A stretch of 64,000 bases of DNA from Desulfomonilia bacterium (GTDB lineage: Bacteria > Desulfobacterota > Desulfomonilia > UBA1062): NCBI GenBank assembly GCA_963664325.2, contig CAXXDQ010000004.1, forward strand, positions 128,001-192,000, read 5' to 3'. The notes under the pieces are model-generated. The model was not told the origin of the DNA and did no database searches. It saw nothing but the letters and a program-made list of their open reading frames with translations. Of the stretch, positions 50,461 through 60,138 are shown piece by piece; position 1 is the first letter of the stretch; each line of letters opens with the position of its first letter. The translations under genes and the position numbers were made by a program.

Positions 50461-51597
50461 CTACAGACCCTTCAGATATCCGCCGACCCTGCGTATGCCT
50501 TCGATTATATTTGCCTCCGAATTGGCATAAGAAAAGCGGATGAAGCTCTTAACCGAATGCCCGAAGTCGATGCCCGGTGTAACACCCACCCCGGTATTAT
50601 TGAGAATATCGAATGCAAGCCTGTATGAGTCATCGGTTATGTGATCAATATTTGCCATCACATAAAAGGCTCCCGTTGGCCTTGATTCAAGTCTGAAGCC
50701 GTATTTTTCCATGCCGGCCAGCATTACGAGCCTGCGTTTTGCAAAGATCTCCTTCATCGCCTCACGGTCAGGGCCGGCCTCGTTCAGGGCAGCAACACCG
50801 GCCCACTGCGCAACCGAGGGCGCGCATATTACAAGGTTCTGCTGGAGCTTCTGCGCCGCCCTGATGAGCCCTTTCGGGAATATCGCCCAGCCCAGCCTCC
50901 AGCCTGTCATGGCCCAGGCCTTTGAAAAGCCGTTGATTATGATCGCGTTGTCCGTGAACTCCGCCATCGTATGCTGCCCGCCTTCATAGACAAGGCCGTG
51001 ATATATTTCATCGGATATGACTGTCACGCCTGAACCTGCCAGGGCCTTCATCCTGTCTTCGTCAAGGCATACGCCTGTCGGGTTTGACGGGGAATTGACA
51101 AGCAGCGCCCTGGTATTCCTGCACACTGCGCTTCTGACCCGTTCAGGGTCCAGTTTAAACCCGTCCTGCCGGGTCGGCACATAATCGATTGCTGCATCGA
51201 GCAGCCGGGCGAAATTGGGGTAACAGGCATAATGCGGGTCTGTCATGATGATCCTGTCTCCCGCATCGAGCAGCACAGCAAACGCAATCAGCAGGGCCGC
51301 GGATGAACCGGTTGTTACAAGCACCTGCGCAGGATCGATGTCAATCCTGTATGTCCTTTTATAATGGGCGCATATCGCCTCCCTCAGCTCGGGGATGGCC
51401 AGCGAATGCGTGTAATGAGTCTTTCCTTCCCTCATCGCCCTTATGGCCGCATCCATCACGCATCCGGGCGTGTCAAAATCGGGTTCGCCCACTTCAAGGT
51501 GGATGACATCCATATCCTGTGGCAGGTCGTGTGCCGCCTCAAGTATATCCATGACAAGAAAAGGTTTTATCTCTTCGGCTTTTCGTGAAATGTGCAT
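50461..51597 (-). CDS. Class I/II PLP aminotransferase
   Basis: GEPDF, NSPSNPTG, SDEIY, GFSKAWAMTGWRLG. Confidence 0.92.
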   Translation of the reverse strand: MHISRKAEEIKPFLVMDILEAAHDLPQDMDVIHLEVGEPDFDTPGCVMDAAIRAMREGKTHYTHSLAIPELREAICAHYKRTYRIDIDPAQVLVTTGSSAALLIAFAVLLDAGDRIIMTDPHYACYPNFARLLDAAIDYVPTRQDGFKLDPERVRSAVCRNTRALLVNSPSNPTGVCLDEDRMKALAGSGVTVISDEIYHGLVYEGGQHTMAEFTDNAIIINGFSKAWAMTGWRLGWAIFPKGLIRAAQKLQQNLVICAPSVAQWAGVAALNEAGPDREAMKEIFAKRRLVMLAGMEKYGFRLESRPTGAFYVMANIDHITDDSYRLAFDILNNTGVGVTPGIDFGHSVKSFIRFSYANSEANIIEGIRRVGGYLKGL

Positions 51598-51599
51598 GG

Positions 51600-51920
51600 T
51601 TATTCCTTAAGATCCTGTTTTTCCTCCTGTTGCGCTTTTTCCACCGGCATGCCTTCCCGCCTCCTGAACCTGAAAAAATAGACAAGGGGCCAGGGAAGGA
51701 CCAGAAAAGTGCTCAACACTGACAGATGCCACCCCCTGGTAATCAGGGAACTGCCAAGCTGTTCCACCCTGGCCTCCGGGGCCGCAAGGCCGCATACGAC
51801 CAGTCCGAACCAGATGTAAAGGAACAGCATCGCGTGGAAGTGGTATCTGATAAGCCAGACGGTCTTTTTAAAAAAGCCATTTTCGGGAAATGAAACATCT
51901 TTTCTTTCAGTATCTGTCAT
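51600..51920 (-). CDS. Small 2-TM membrane protein
   Basis: GAGGTGG RBS; two hydrophobic segments; in operon. Confidence 0.6.
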   Translation of the reverse strand: MTDTERKDVSFPENGFFKKTVWLIRYHFHAMLFLYIWFGLVVCGLAAPEARVEQLGSSLITRGWHLSVLSTFLVLPWPLVYFFRFRRREGMPVEKAQQEEKQDLKE

Positions 51921-51936
51921 GAGAGCCACCTCTTTA

Positions 51937-52767
51937 TCAGATGTTAACCAGTATTGTCATCGGCAATAAAGCCATGATTACAATCATGAGGAGGTAAAGG
52001 ACTATCGTCTTTTTTATTTCACCCCAGCCGTCCCTGGATTCAACCCACCTGAAAGAGAACGAGAACATGAAAACAAGCAGAATCCAGTCAATGAAATTAA
52101 TCAGCGGAATTCCGAAGAACCTTGTGGGATACCTCAGGCCGACCGGGAAGAACCCGGCAAAGAACCTCAGTACCGCGTTATCCGGCGTGTTCATAAAGAC
52201 ATGGTTATTAAAGTTGTAGGCATCGATCATTCCCGGGCCGATCGAGACGACGCCTTTTGCACACGGAACCCAAAGCCACCAGTTATATATCGTGGCCAGA
52301 GGGTCTTCGATAAGGTCGATCAGGACGCAAAAGCTTGCATCGATTGCCGCCAGCAGAAGGATGGTCTTGACTATCGTTCCTTTAAAGATTGTAAAATCTG
52401 TGCCCTTCGGGTGGTATCCGTCCTTTTCGTAGGCCTTCAGGGAGCGCGGGCCGTAAATTATCCTGTTGGTGAACTCGATAATGATGTACACAAGCGCCAC
52501 CCAGGAAAGCGGATTCAAAAGAGGGGTAGCATAAACGTAGCAGTTAAAGCCCGGGTATATATAGGCCCCGCAGAGAACGCCGAGATTTTCAACAACCGCA
52601 GTCAGCATGAAACCTGCCGAAAATTCCCTGAACGTCCTTTTCCAGCCGTGCACCCATGAGGAATGGGCAAAGCACACGGCAAACATCAAGATGAGGCTGA
52701 CCTCGAACATCATCTTCAGAAAGCGTGCCGGGTCAATCCCGAGTACATCAAAAACTGCTTTTACCAT
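51937..52767 (-). CDS. Membrane protein, CruF/DUF422-like (carotenoid hydratase family)
   Basis: VENLGV…GAYIY, DL-x-x-DP, WWLW, FGIPLINF-x-x-W. Confidence 0.6.
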   Translation of the reverse strand: MVKAVFDVLGIDPARFLKMMFEVSLILMFAVCFAHSSWVHGWKRTFREFSAGFMLTAVVENLGVLCGAYIYPGFNCYVYATPLLNPLSWVALVYIIIEFTNRIIYGPRSLKAYEKDGYHPKGTDFTIFKGTIVKTILLLAAIDASFCVLIDLIEDPLATIYNWWLWVPCAKGVVSIGPGMIDAYNFNNHVFMNTPDNAVLRFFAGFFPVGLRYPTRFFGIPLINFIDWILLVFMFSFSFRWVESRDGWGEIKKTIVLYLLMIVIMALLPMTILVNI

Positions 52768-52770
52768 GCA

Positions 52771-53616
52771 CTATCCTCCCGTTACATATTCCGGCCATTT
52801 CTTTCGTGGAACCATGCTGATTGCATTGTTCTTACAGACCTTGATGCACTGGCCGCATCCGTAACACCGGTCAGGCGACACCAGTGAAGAATGGTTCCTG
52901 CCGTTTCCATTTACAATCCGCCGGGCCCTGAAATGACAGACCTTCATGCAATTTCCGGCGGCATCGCACCTGCTTTTATCAGTACAGGCAACACTGTCCC
53001 CGTGGATAATAACCTTCGATTTGTAGCCTATTGCCTCGTTTGCAAGAAAAGGCGCGCACGTGGGAGAGGAGCAGTGGCATATACCGGCGTCCCCGTCCCT
53101 TATCACATAGACATTGGACACCAGGCCCATGTTCTGGCAACCGGCCTCAATTTCAAGGAGTTCTTTCTTGTCAATCATGCGGTATGTCTTGAGCCTGCCG
53201 AACTTTTCGCCGCAGGTTCCTATCTGGATATCCACATCAATTGGAGTATCCCTGAACATATCGAGCCGACCTGCGGCAAGGTCCCTTGCGTCGGGGCCGA
53301 GGTCCCTGGCGGTATCAAGCCTGCATGCACAAGGGCCGGCCGCGATGGGAAATTCTTCCGGCAGGTTATTGATGTAGCCGTATATTTCATCCTCGCTCAT
53401 GATTTTTGTTACAACGGTGGCCGATGCCAGGACATCAATTATACGGTGTACCAGTCTGATGGGGAGCTTTTTCTCCACCTCAAGAAATCCGAGTACGGTC
53501 TGCATGACAAGAGGCTCCCGAGGGGCATAGAATTCTATGAGCTTCTCGCGGCCCTTCCTGTCATGGATTTTAACCCTTTCGTCGTGGCCTTTAAGCCAGG
53601 GTTCCTTGTCTTTCAT
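52771..53616 (-). CDS. 4Fe-4S dicluster domain protein
   Basis: GPCACR, ICHCS…C, CDAAGNC…C, CYGCGQC…C. Confidence 0.8.
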   Translation of the reverse strand: MKDKEPWLKGHDERVKIHDRKGREKLIEFYAPREPLVMQTVLGFLEVEKKLPIRLVHRIIDVLASATVVTKIMSEDEIYGYINNLPEEFPIAAGPCACRLDTARDLGPDARDLAAGRLDMFRDTPIDVDIQIGTCGEKFGRLKTYRMIDKKELLEIEAGCQNMGLVSNVYVIRDGDAGICHCSSPTCAPFLANEAIGYKSKVIIHGDSVACTDKSRCDAAGNCMKVCHFRARRIVNGNGRNHSSLVSPDRCYGCGQCIKVCKNNAISMVPRKKWPEYVTGG

Positions 53617-53638
53617 TGTTCAGTAGCCTTTCTGATAT

Positions 53639-55027
53639 CTATGATTTTGAATTTATAAATTCCAGGGCTTCGTTTCTGTTTGAGATCAGCCCTTCTGCCC
53701 GGGCTTCCTCGATCCGGATGAGGAGTCTGCCGACTTCGGGACCGGGTTTGATTCCAAGGGCTTTCATGACATCATCACCGTTTAGAAGCGGCTCCTTCCT
53801 GTTGCACAGATATACTTCGGTATAGTATGTCCAGATGCGCCTGATTATCTCCTCGATGTCAGTTCTGGCACCGATGTAGCCGGGGTCTTTACCCGTGGCT
53901 GTTGCATCCGCGGAGGAAAGCAGCAGGAGTTCAGGCACGAACGCCTCAGCGTTTTTTATAAGCCTGTGCATGGCCTTAACCGTCACTATGCCGCCGCAGG
54001 CCAGGTCCAGGATACGCATATGCATCTCGATCAGGCCTGTGATTTTCGAGCAGAAAGAGGTTGAAAATCTCAGGTCCCTGCATAACCCGCCCGCAAGCTG
54101 GGCGCCTACACCCGCATGAGAATAGAAATGCACCATGCCGTTTTCCGCATCCTCGCGCGTAGAAGGCTTGCCGATATCATGGAGGAATGAGGCGAATCTG
54201 AGCAGACAGGCCCTGTCAATACCGTCCTCGACCTCTTCCCTCAGCATTGCTCCGGCCCCGGGCAGCAGATCGTCAGCACCTTCAATGAGCGCCTCAACCG
54301 ATTCGGCGCAGAGGATGGCATGCTTTATCAGCGGCCAGCGGTGGTAAACTCCCTGATAGATGTCATCGTATCCCGGGAATAATATTTCCCTGATCCCGGT
54401 CAGCTCCATAAGTGAAAAAATCCTTGAACCTCTTCTGCATGAAAGTGCAGAAGTCAGTTCCTGTTTGATCCGTTCCGGTGCAACATCCGTAAGTCCCGGC
54501 GCATACTTTTCTATAAGTGCCAGGGTCGTCTTATCTATCGAAAATTCAAGGACCGCCGCAAACCTGAGGCACCTCAAGGTCCTGAGCGCATCGTCTGAAA
54601 AGCCCCTTTCTGATACTGCCCTGATGATTTTTCTATCAAGGTCTGCGGTACCGTTTACAGGATCGATTATTTCCATCTTTGAAAGGTTAAGAGCGATTGC
54701 ATTGATGGTGATGTCCCGGTTCTTAAGGTCTTCATCAAGGGTTTCCCCTTTCGGAGCGCACACATCCAGCGTGATGCCATCTGCAGATACGGTTCTTGCA
54801 ATGCCGCGGCCTTCATCCATCCAGAATGGTTTTGAACCGAAACAGGCCGCCAGTGAAACGGCTTTGTCCCAGACATTGCCGAAGGTCAGTATGTCGTAAT
54901 CCAGCGGGTCTTTTCCGAGCAGCAGATCCCTTACGCTGCCGCCGACGAGGTAGTCGCTTTCGTCAAGAGACGGGCTGATCCGTCTTATTACCCCGTTATT
55001 TGATGCGATAGTCAACGGCTCGGGCAT
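53639..55027 (-). CDS. cca: CCA-adding enzyme/poly(A) polymerase family nucleotidyltransferase with HD domain
   Basis: LVGGSVRD, DYD, RDITINA, DALR, ERI, HDIGK. Confidence 0.85.
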   Translation of the reverse strand: MPEPLTIASNNGVIRRISPSLDESDYLVGGSVRDLLLGKDPLDYDILTFGNVWDKAVSLAACFGSKPFWMDEGRGIARTVSADGITLDVCAPKGETLDEDLKNRDITINAIALNLSKMEIIDPVNGTADLDRKIIRAVSERGFSDDALRTLRCLRFAAVLEFSIDKTTLALIEKYAPGLTDVAPERIKQELTSALSCRRGSRIFSLMELTGIREILFPGYDDIYQGVYHRWPLIKHAILCAESVEALIEGADDLLPGAGAMLREEVEDGIDRACLLRFASFLHDIGKPSTREDAENGMVHFYSHAGVGAQLAGGLCRDLRFSTSFCSKITGLIEMHMRILDLACGGIVTVKAMHRLIKNAEAFVPELLLLSSADATATGKDPGYIGARTDIEEIIRRIWTYYTEVYLCNRKEPLLNGDDVMKALGIKPGPEVGRLLIRIEEARAEGLISNRNEALEFINSKS

Positions 55028-56282
55028 GCGCCTCCAGGTCTTCTGCTCGGGCAATTTTAGCCGCCTTCGGCCCAAGTTCCAGGACCGCCTTTTTTGACAT
55101 GCCGACAATGGAAGTCCTCTTCACGAAATCATGCACCCCCAGCGGCGAATAAAACCTGGCCGTGGAAGAAGTCGGGAGAGTATGGTTCGGGCCGGCAATA
55201 TAGTCACCTATCGACTCCATGCAGTGGTATCCCAGAAACACGGCGCCCGCATTTTCAACCAGTCCGAGCAGGTCGAAGGGATTCGCCACCATGAGCTCAA
55301 GGTGTTCCGGGGCAATCAGGTTGGCGATGTCGATCGCCTCGTTTATGTCCAGCGTCAGGATGCAGGCGCCATGTCTTGAGAGCGATTCCTTAGCAACGGC
55401 CTTCCTGGGCAGCGTTTCCGTCTCGGCATCGAGGAGCTGTAGGACTTTCCCGGCCAGCCTTTTATCGGGGGTAATAAGTATGGATGAGGCCGCAGTATCG
55501 TGTTCGGCCTGCGACAGCAGGTCTATTGCCACCCATTTGGGATCTGCTCCGCCGTCCGCTACAACGACTATCTCAGAAGGCCCGGCCACGGCTTCGATGC
55601 CGATAACGCCCTGCAGTATGGATTTTGCATGGGCGACATAAACATTGCCCGGGCCCACCACCTTGTCCACCCTGGGGATGGACTCCGTGCCGAATGCAAG
55701 AGCCGCAACGGCCTGAGCCCCACCTATCCTGAAGATTTTCTCTATGCCCGCGATATGCGCGGCGGCCAGCAGGGCGTCGTTTGCCTTTCCGTCCGGCGTC
55801 GGAGAGACGGCAACAATTGTTTTCACGCCTGCAATATGAGCTGGAATCACATTCATGAGCAGCGTTGAAGGGAACGAGTTCCGGCCGCCCGGCGTATATA
55901 CGCCCACGCTGCCTACCGGCGTCACTTTCTGTCCGAGTATGGAACCGGTTTCATCCGTGGTTATCCAGGAATTTTCTTTCTGACGCGAATGATAAGCCTC
56001 GATCCTTTCCGCAGCGGTTTTGAGCGCGTCAAACAGGGCCTTGTCTATCCGGGAGGCGGCCTTGCCGATATCTTTTGAGGTAAGCACTATACCGGTCTTA
56101 TCGGGATCGAACCTGTCGAACCGGCGCGTCAGGTCAAACAGGGCTTCATCACCTTCATCCCTGATCCTGTCGATTATCTCCCTGACAACAATATCTACAT
56201 CAGGCGGAATGCCCCTTTTCCGTTCAAGGATTTCGTCAAGCCTGAGCTTCCACCCTGTTTCGGCTGCATTGATGGTTTCCAT
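54996..56282 (-). CDS. hisD: Histidinol dehydrogenase
   Basis: GGAQA, GPGN, AGPSE, SQAEH, APEHL, GPNHTLPT. Confidence 0.96.
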   Translation of the reverse strand: METINAAETGWKLRLDEILERKRGIPPDVDIVVREIIDRIRDEGDEALFDLTRRFDRFDPDKTGIVLTSKDIGKAASRIDKALFDALKTAAERIEAYHSRQKENSWITTDETGSILGQKVTPVGSVGVYTPGGRNSFPSTLLMNVIPAHIAGVKTIVAVSPTPDGKANDALLAAAHIAGIEKIFRIGGAQAVAALAFGTESIPRVDKVVGPGNVYVAHAKSILQGVIGIEAVAGPSEIVVVADGGADPKWVAIDLLSQAEHDTAASSILITPDKRLAGKVLQLLDAETETLPRKAVAKESLSRHGACILTLDINEAIDIANLIAPEHLELMVANPFDLLGLVENAGAVFLGYHCMESIGDYIAGPNHTLPTSSTARFYSPLGVHDFVKRTSIVGMSKKAVLELGPKAAKIARAEDLEAHARAVDYRIK

Positions 56283-56286
56283 GATA

Positions 56287-57552
56287 TCAAAGACCTCCCT
56301 TTTCCCTCCTGATCGAGGCTCCGACCGAGTTCAGCTTTTTGTCGAGCCCCTCATACCCCCTGTCAAGGTGGTATATGCGCCTGATTTCAGTGTATCCCCT
56401 CGCATTGAGACCGGCCAGGACAAGGCTTGCCGAGGCCCTCAAATCCGTTGCCATCACATTCGCACCTTCAAAGCGCTTTATACCGTGAATGATAACCGTG
56501 TTCCCGCGTTCTTCAAGGCTTGCGCCCATCCTTATAAGTTCCGGCACATGCATGAAGCGGTTTTCGAATATGTTCTCGGTTATGCTCGAGACGCCGCCGG
56601 CAATACATGCGAGCGTCATGATCTGGGCCTGCATGTCCGTCGGGAAGCTCGGAAAAGGGGCCGTGCTGACATCTACCGGCATGAGGTCCACATTGCCGTC
56701 AACATCGATTACTCCCGGTCCTTCGCAGGATATCTTCACACCCATTTCACTGAGCTTTTCCGATACGGCCTCGACATGGTCGCTCCTCGCATTATTGATC
56801 CTGAGCCTGCCTTTTGTTATGGCCGCGGCAGCCATGAGCGTCCCCACCTCTATCCGGTCCGGGATAACCGTATGCTCAAGGCCTTTAAGTTCCTTGACAC
56901 CGTGCACGGTTATGGTCCTCTGCCCCGCGCCTTCAATCTGCGCGCCCATGGCGGTAAGCGCATCCGCAAGGTCGGTAATTTCAGGCTCCATAGCAGCGCC
57001 TTCTATTACGGTTGTGCCCTCGGCCAGGCTCGCCGCCATCAGGACGTTTTCCGTACCGCCTACCGTGGTGCTGCTGAATATTATGCGGGCACCTTTCAGC
57101 TTTTTCGCCTTTGCATAGACATAACCGTGCTTGAGTTCAATCTCGGCCCCCATCTTTGCCATCGCCTTCAAATGCAGGTCGATCGGCCTTACCCCGATTG
57201 CACAGCCTCCCGGCAGGGAGACCTTGGCCTGGCCGAACCTCGCGAGCAGAGGTCCCAGTACGAGTATGGAGGCGCGCATGCTTTTGACCAGCTCATACGG
57301 GGCGGCAAAGCAGTTTATGTTCGAGGGGTCAATTTCGACAACACCCTTTTCCAACCTTTCATATTTAACGCCAAGAACCGTCAGCACTTCAAGCATGGTA
57401 TGAATGTCCATCAGCTGTGGAATGTTCCTGTATCTGCACAAGCCCCCCGCAAGGATTGAGGTGCATAAAACCGGAAGCGCCGCATTCTTCGAGCCCGATA
57501 CATGGACATCGCCGATCAGGGTCTTGCCGCCGTCGATAACGAACTTGTACAT
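56287..57552 (-). CDS. murA: UDP-N-acetylglucosamine 1-carboxyvinyltransferase
   Basis: GSKNA, LPGGCAIG, FPTDMQ, DLRAS, DRGYE. Confidence 0.97.
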   Translation of the reverse strand: MYKFVIDGGKTLIGDVHVSGSKNAALPVLCTSILAGGLCRYRNIPQLMDIHTMLEVLTVLGVKYERLEKGVVEIDPSNINCFAAPYELVKSMRASILVLGPLLARFGQAKVSLPGGCAIGVRPIDLHLKAMAKMGAEIELKHGYVYAKAKKLKGARIIFSSTTVGGTENVLMAASLAEGTTVIEGAAMEPEITDLADALTAMGAQIEGAGQRTITVHGVKELKGLEHTVIPDRIEVGTLMAAAAITKGRLRINNARSDHVEAVSEKLSEMGVKISCEGPGVIDVDGNVDLMPVDVSTAPFPSFPTDMQAQIMTLACIAGGVSSITENIFENRFMHVPELIRMGASLEERGNTVIIHGIKRFEGANVMATDLRASASLVLAGLNARGYTEIRRIYHLDRGYEGLDKKLNSVGASIRREKGGL

Positions 57553-57598
57553 TTGTCAACCTCGGTTATTTTTCATGACTATATAAAGTATTGGACAA

Positions 57599-59299
57599 TT
57601 ATTCAATCGGCAGTGTTACGGTGAACGTCGTGCCCTTTAAAGGGATGCTTTCCGCCGTAATCCTTCCTTTGTGAAGTGTAGTGATATGCTTTGCAATCGA
57701 CAGGCCCAGGCCGGTTCCGCCAACGCTGCGCGACCGCGATTTGTCAACAACGTAGAACCTCTCGAATATACGTGGCAGGTGCTCCCGCGGAATCCCTATG
57801 CCGGTGTCCGTGACGGATATAACGGCATTTCCGCCATCTGTCTTCACACCCACTGAAATCTCGCCTTTTTCGGTATATTTGATGGCATTGTCTATCAGGT
57901 TGGTCAGAAGCTGCTCTATCCTGAAACTGTCGGCTGATATGACAACCGGTTCCAGTTCGGTCTTGATTGAAAGCCCCTTCTGCCGGGCTTTGGGTTCAAA
58001 CAGAGCCACAACCGAGCTTATCACCGAACCCATGTCGACTTTTTCCATGCCGAGGCTGACGGGCCTGTCCTCAAGCTCCGAGAGCACAAGCAGATCCTGT
58101 ACAATATTTATCAGCCGGTCCGTGTGGCGTTTGACGATTTCAAGGTAACCCGTTTGCTCAACTCCGGCCTCATCCAGGAGCGTCTCGACAAAACCCTTTA
58201 TCGCCGTAAGCGGGGTTCTCAGCTCATGGGAAATGTTGACCACAAGGTCTTTTTTTATCTGCTCCACATGTTTCATGTCTGTTATGTCATGGAATATGAG
58301 GACATGTCCCGAGATCACGCGTGTGGCGCTGGCCAGGAATATCCTGCCTGATATCTCTATTTCAGTTTGTGCGTGGCTCAGTTGGCTTTCCAGAATCTCC
58401 CTGAGCGATTCCGACCGCAGAATCTCCCAGTAGTATCTGCCTTCCAGACTCAATGAGCCTAGGATATTCTTTGCACTGGCATTGACGATGACGACCCTGC
58501 CGTCAGAATCAAGCAGCAGAAGACCTTCGGACATGGAGGAGATGATGCCCTCAAGTTCGTCTTTGTGCCTCTTGGTGCTTTCAAAGTATAAAGAAAGCTT
58601 TTCGGTCATATCGTTGAACCCCTCCGCAAGACCCCGGAGTTCAGCTTCATCCATCTTCCGGACCCTTATGGAGAAATCACCGGATGCGATTTTTTTCGCC
58701 GCATTCCTGAGCTCGAGCAGGGGCCTTGAAACCCTGGCGGAGAACACGTAGGCGACGATGAGGGACAGTATGCTTATGGCGCAGAGGACAAAGAAAAGCC
58801 GGTATTTGAGCATGCTGAATATCTGCCCTTCCGCCGGCAGGCTGTAGCGTATCACTCCGATTATATCACCGTTTCTCTTCAGAGGCACGGCCACGTATAT
58901 CATCTCTTTAAGCACGCTTGTGCTGTACCTCACTGAGCGGCCTGTCTTTCCCGAATAGGCCGCAGCTATTTCCGGCCTTGATTTGTGGTTGTACATGGTG
59001 GATGGCTCAACCGCTGAATCGGCCCTGACCACACCGTCATTATCGATTACCGTGATGCGGTTCATATTAAGGTTGCCGTAATGGCTGACGATTGACCTCA
59101 ATTCTTTAATCCTGCCGGCCGAAAGCAGTTCGGAGGCCTTGTCGTAGACGGGCCTGTTTCTTATGATCAGCGAGTTTTCCGTTTTTTCTATATAAAAGTC
59201 ATAGATGACTTCAAAGGAAAGGAAAAGAGTTACAGCGGAGACAATTACTGCCGTTATAAAGAATCCGGTAAGGACTTTCAGGAATATGGATTTTTTCAT
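57599..59299 (-). CDS. phoR: Phosphate regulon sensor kinase
   Basis: TM-periplasmic-TM-HAMP-PAS; SHELRTPL, NAIKY, GGTGLGL; follows phoB. Confidence 0.88.
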   Translation of the reverse strand: MKKSIFLKVLTGFFITAVIVSAVTLFLSFEVIYDFYIEKTENSLIIRNRPVYDKASELLSAGRIKELRSIVSHYGNLNMNRITVIDNDGVVRADSAVEPSTMYNHKSRPEIAAAYSGKTGRSVRYSTSVLKEMIYVAVPLKRNGDIIGVIRYSLPAEGQIFSMLKYRLFFVLCAISILSLIVAYVFSARVSRPLLELRNAAKKIASGDFSIRVRKMDEAELRGLAEGFNDMTEKLSLYFESTKRHKDELEGIISSMSEGLLLLDSDGRVVIVNASAKNILGSLSLEGRYYWEILRSESLREILESQLSHAQTEIEISGRIFLASATRVISGHVLIFHDITDMKHVEQIKKDLVVNISHELRTPLTAIKGFVETLLDEAGVEQTGYLEIVKRHTDRLINIVQDLLVLSELEDRPVSLGMEKVDMGSVISSVVALFEPKARQKGLSIKTELEPVVISADSFRIEQLLTNLIDNAIKYTEKGEISVGVKTDGGNAVISVTDTGIGIPREHLPRIFERFYVVDKSRSRSVGGTGLGLSIAKHITTLHKGRITAESIPLKGTTFTVTLPIE

Positions 59300-59976
59300 C
59301 CCTCCACCTTGTATCCTGCTCCCCTGACATTCTGGATAAGGGCGGCCCCTTCTCCGAGCTTTTCCCTCAGATTTTTAATATGAACGTCAACGGTGCGGTC
59401 GATGACCGCCTTTTCATTTCCCCACAAGTGGTCAAGTATCCTTTCCCGTGAAAAAACCTTCCCCCTGTTGGCGGCCAGAAACGCCAGTATCTTGAATTCA
59501 ACGGCGGTAACGGGAACGGCTTCCCCTTTGACCGTGACCCTGAAGCGCTCCTGGTCGATCTCGATCAGCTCGCCGATTTTTATGATGCCCTGGGTTAAAC
59601 CCGACGTCCTCCTGAGAACCGCCTTTACCCGGGCCACCATTTCACGCGGTGAAAAAGGCTTCGTTATGTAGTCGTCGGCGCCCGACTCAAGCCCCGTGAC
59701 CTTGTCGGTCTCCATGCTCTTGGCGGTAAGCATGATCACAGGGATATCCTTTGTCTCGTCATCCGATTTGAGCGCCCTGCATATATCCATGCCGTCGGCA
59801 TCGGGCAGCATGAGGTCAAGCAGGACAAGGTCCGGCTTTCTGTTCCCGGCAATGAACTTCCTGAAGCCGAACGCATCCGTAAAGCCGGCGGCCTCAAAAC
59901 CCGCCTTTTTAAGATGCAGGCTCACAAGGTGGAGAATATCCGGTTCGTCGTCAACTATTGCTATTAAGGATGCCAT
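59296..59976 (-). CDS. phoB: OmpR/PhoB-family response regulator
   Basis: LDLMLP, GADDYITKPF, RTVDVHI, VRGAGY. Confidence 0.88.
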   Translation of the reverse strand: MASLIAIVDDEPDILHLVSLHLKKAGFEAAGFTDAFGFRKFIAGNRKPDLVLLDLMLPDADGMDICRALKSDDETKDIPVIMLTAKSMETDKVTGLESGADDYITKPFSPREMVARVKAVLRRTSGLTQGIIKIGELIEIDQERFRVTVKGEAVPVTAVEFKILAFLAANRGKVFSRERILDHLWGNEKAVIDRTVDVHIKNLREKLGEGAALIQNVRGAGYKVEG

Positions 59977-60050
59977 TTGCTTCTCCTTATTAGTTTTATG
60001 TTTATTTTATTTACTGCGAATAACCGCCGGTAACAATCATAAATGCTCGG

Positions 60051-60094
60051 CTTAACCAAAATTTCATCATTCATTAACCTGCGGTTAATCCTGC
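60051..60094 (+). promoter_or_regulatory. Four-unit Pho box upstream of the porin
   Basis: CTTAACCAAAA TTTCATCATTC ATTAACCTGCG GTTAATCCTGC; 11-bp period. Confidence 0.75.
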
Positions 60095-60138
60095 CCGGTT
60101 ATTAATCAGTCAAACTTTTCAATCAAAGGAGATTAAAT

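Noticed and set aside
56020-57459. Long antisense ORFs (479 aa here; also 25886-27061, 10075-10848, 40682-41434, 52891-53658)
   Set aside because: They are shadows of well-conserved genes on the opposite strand, with no motifs or RBS
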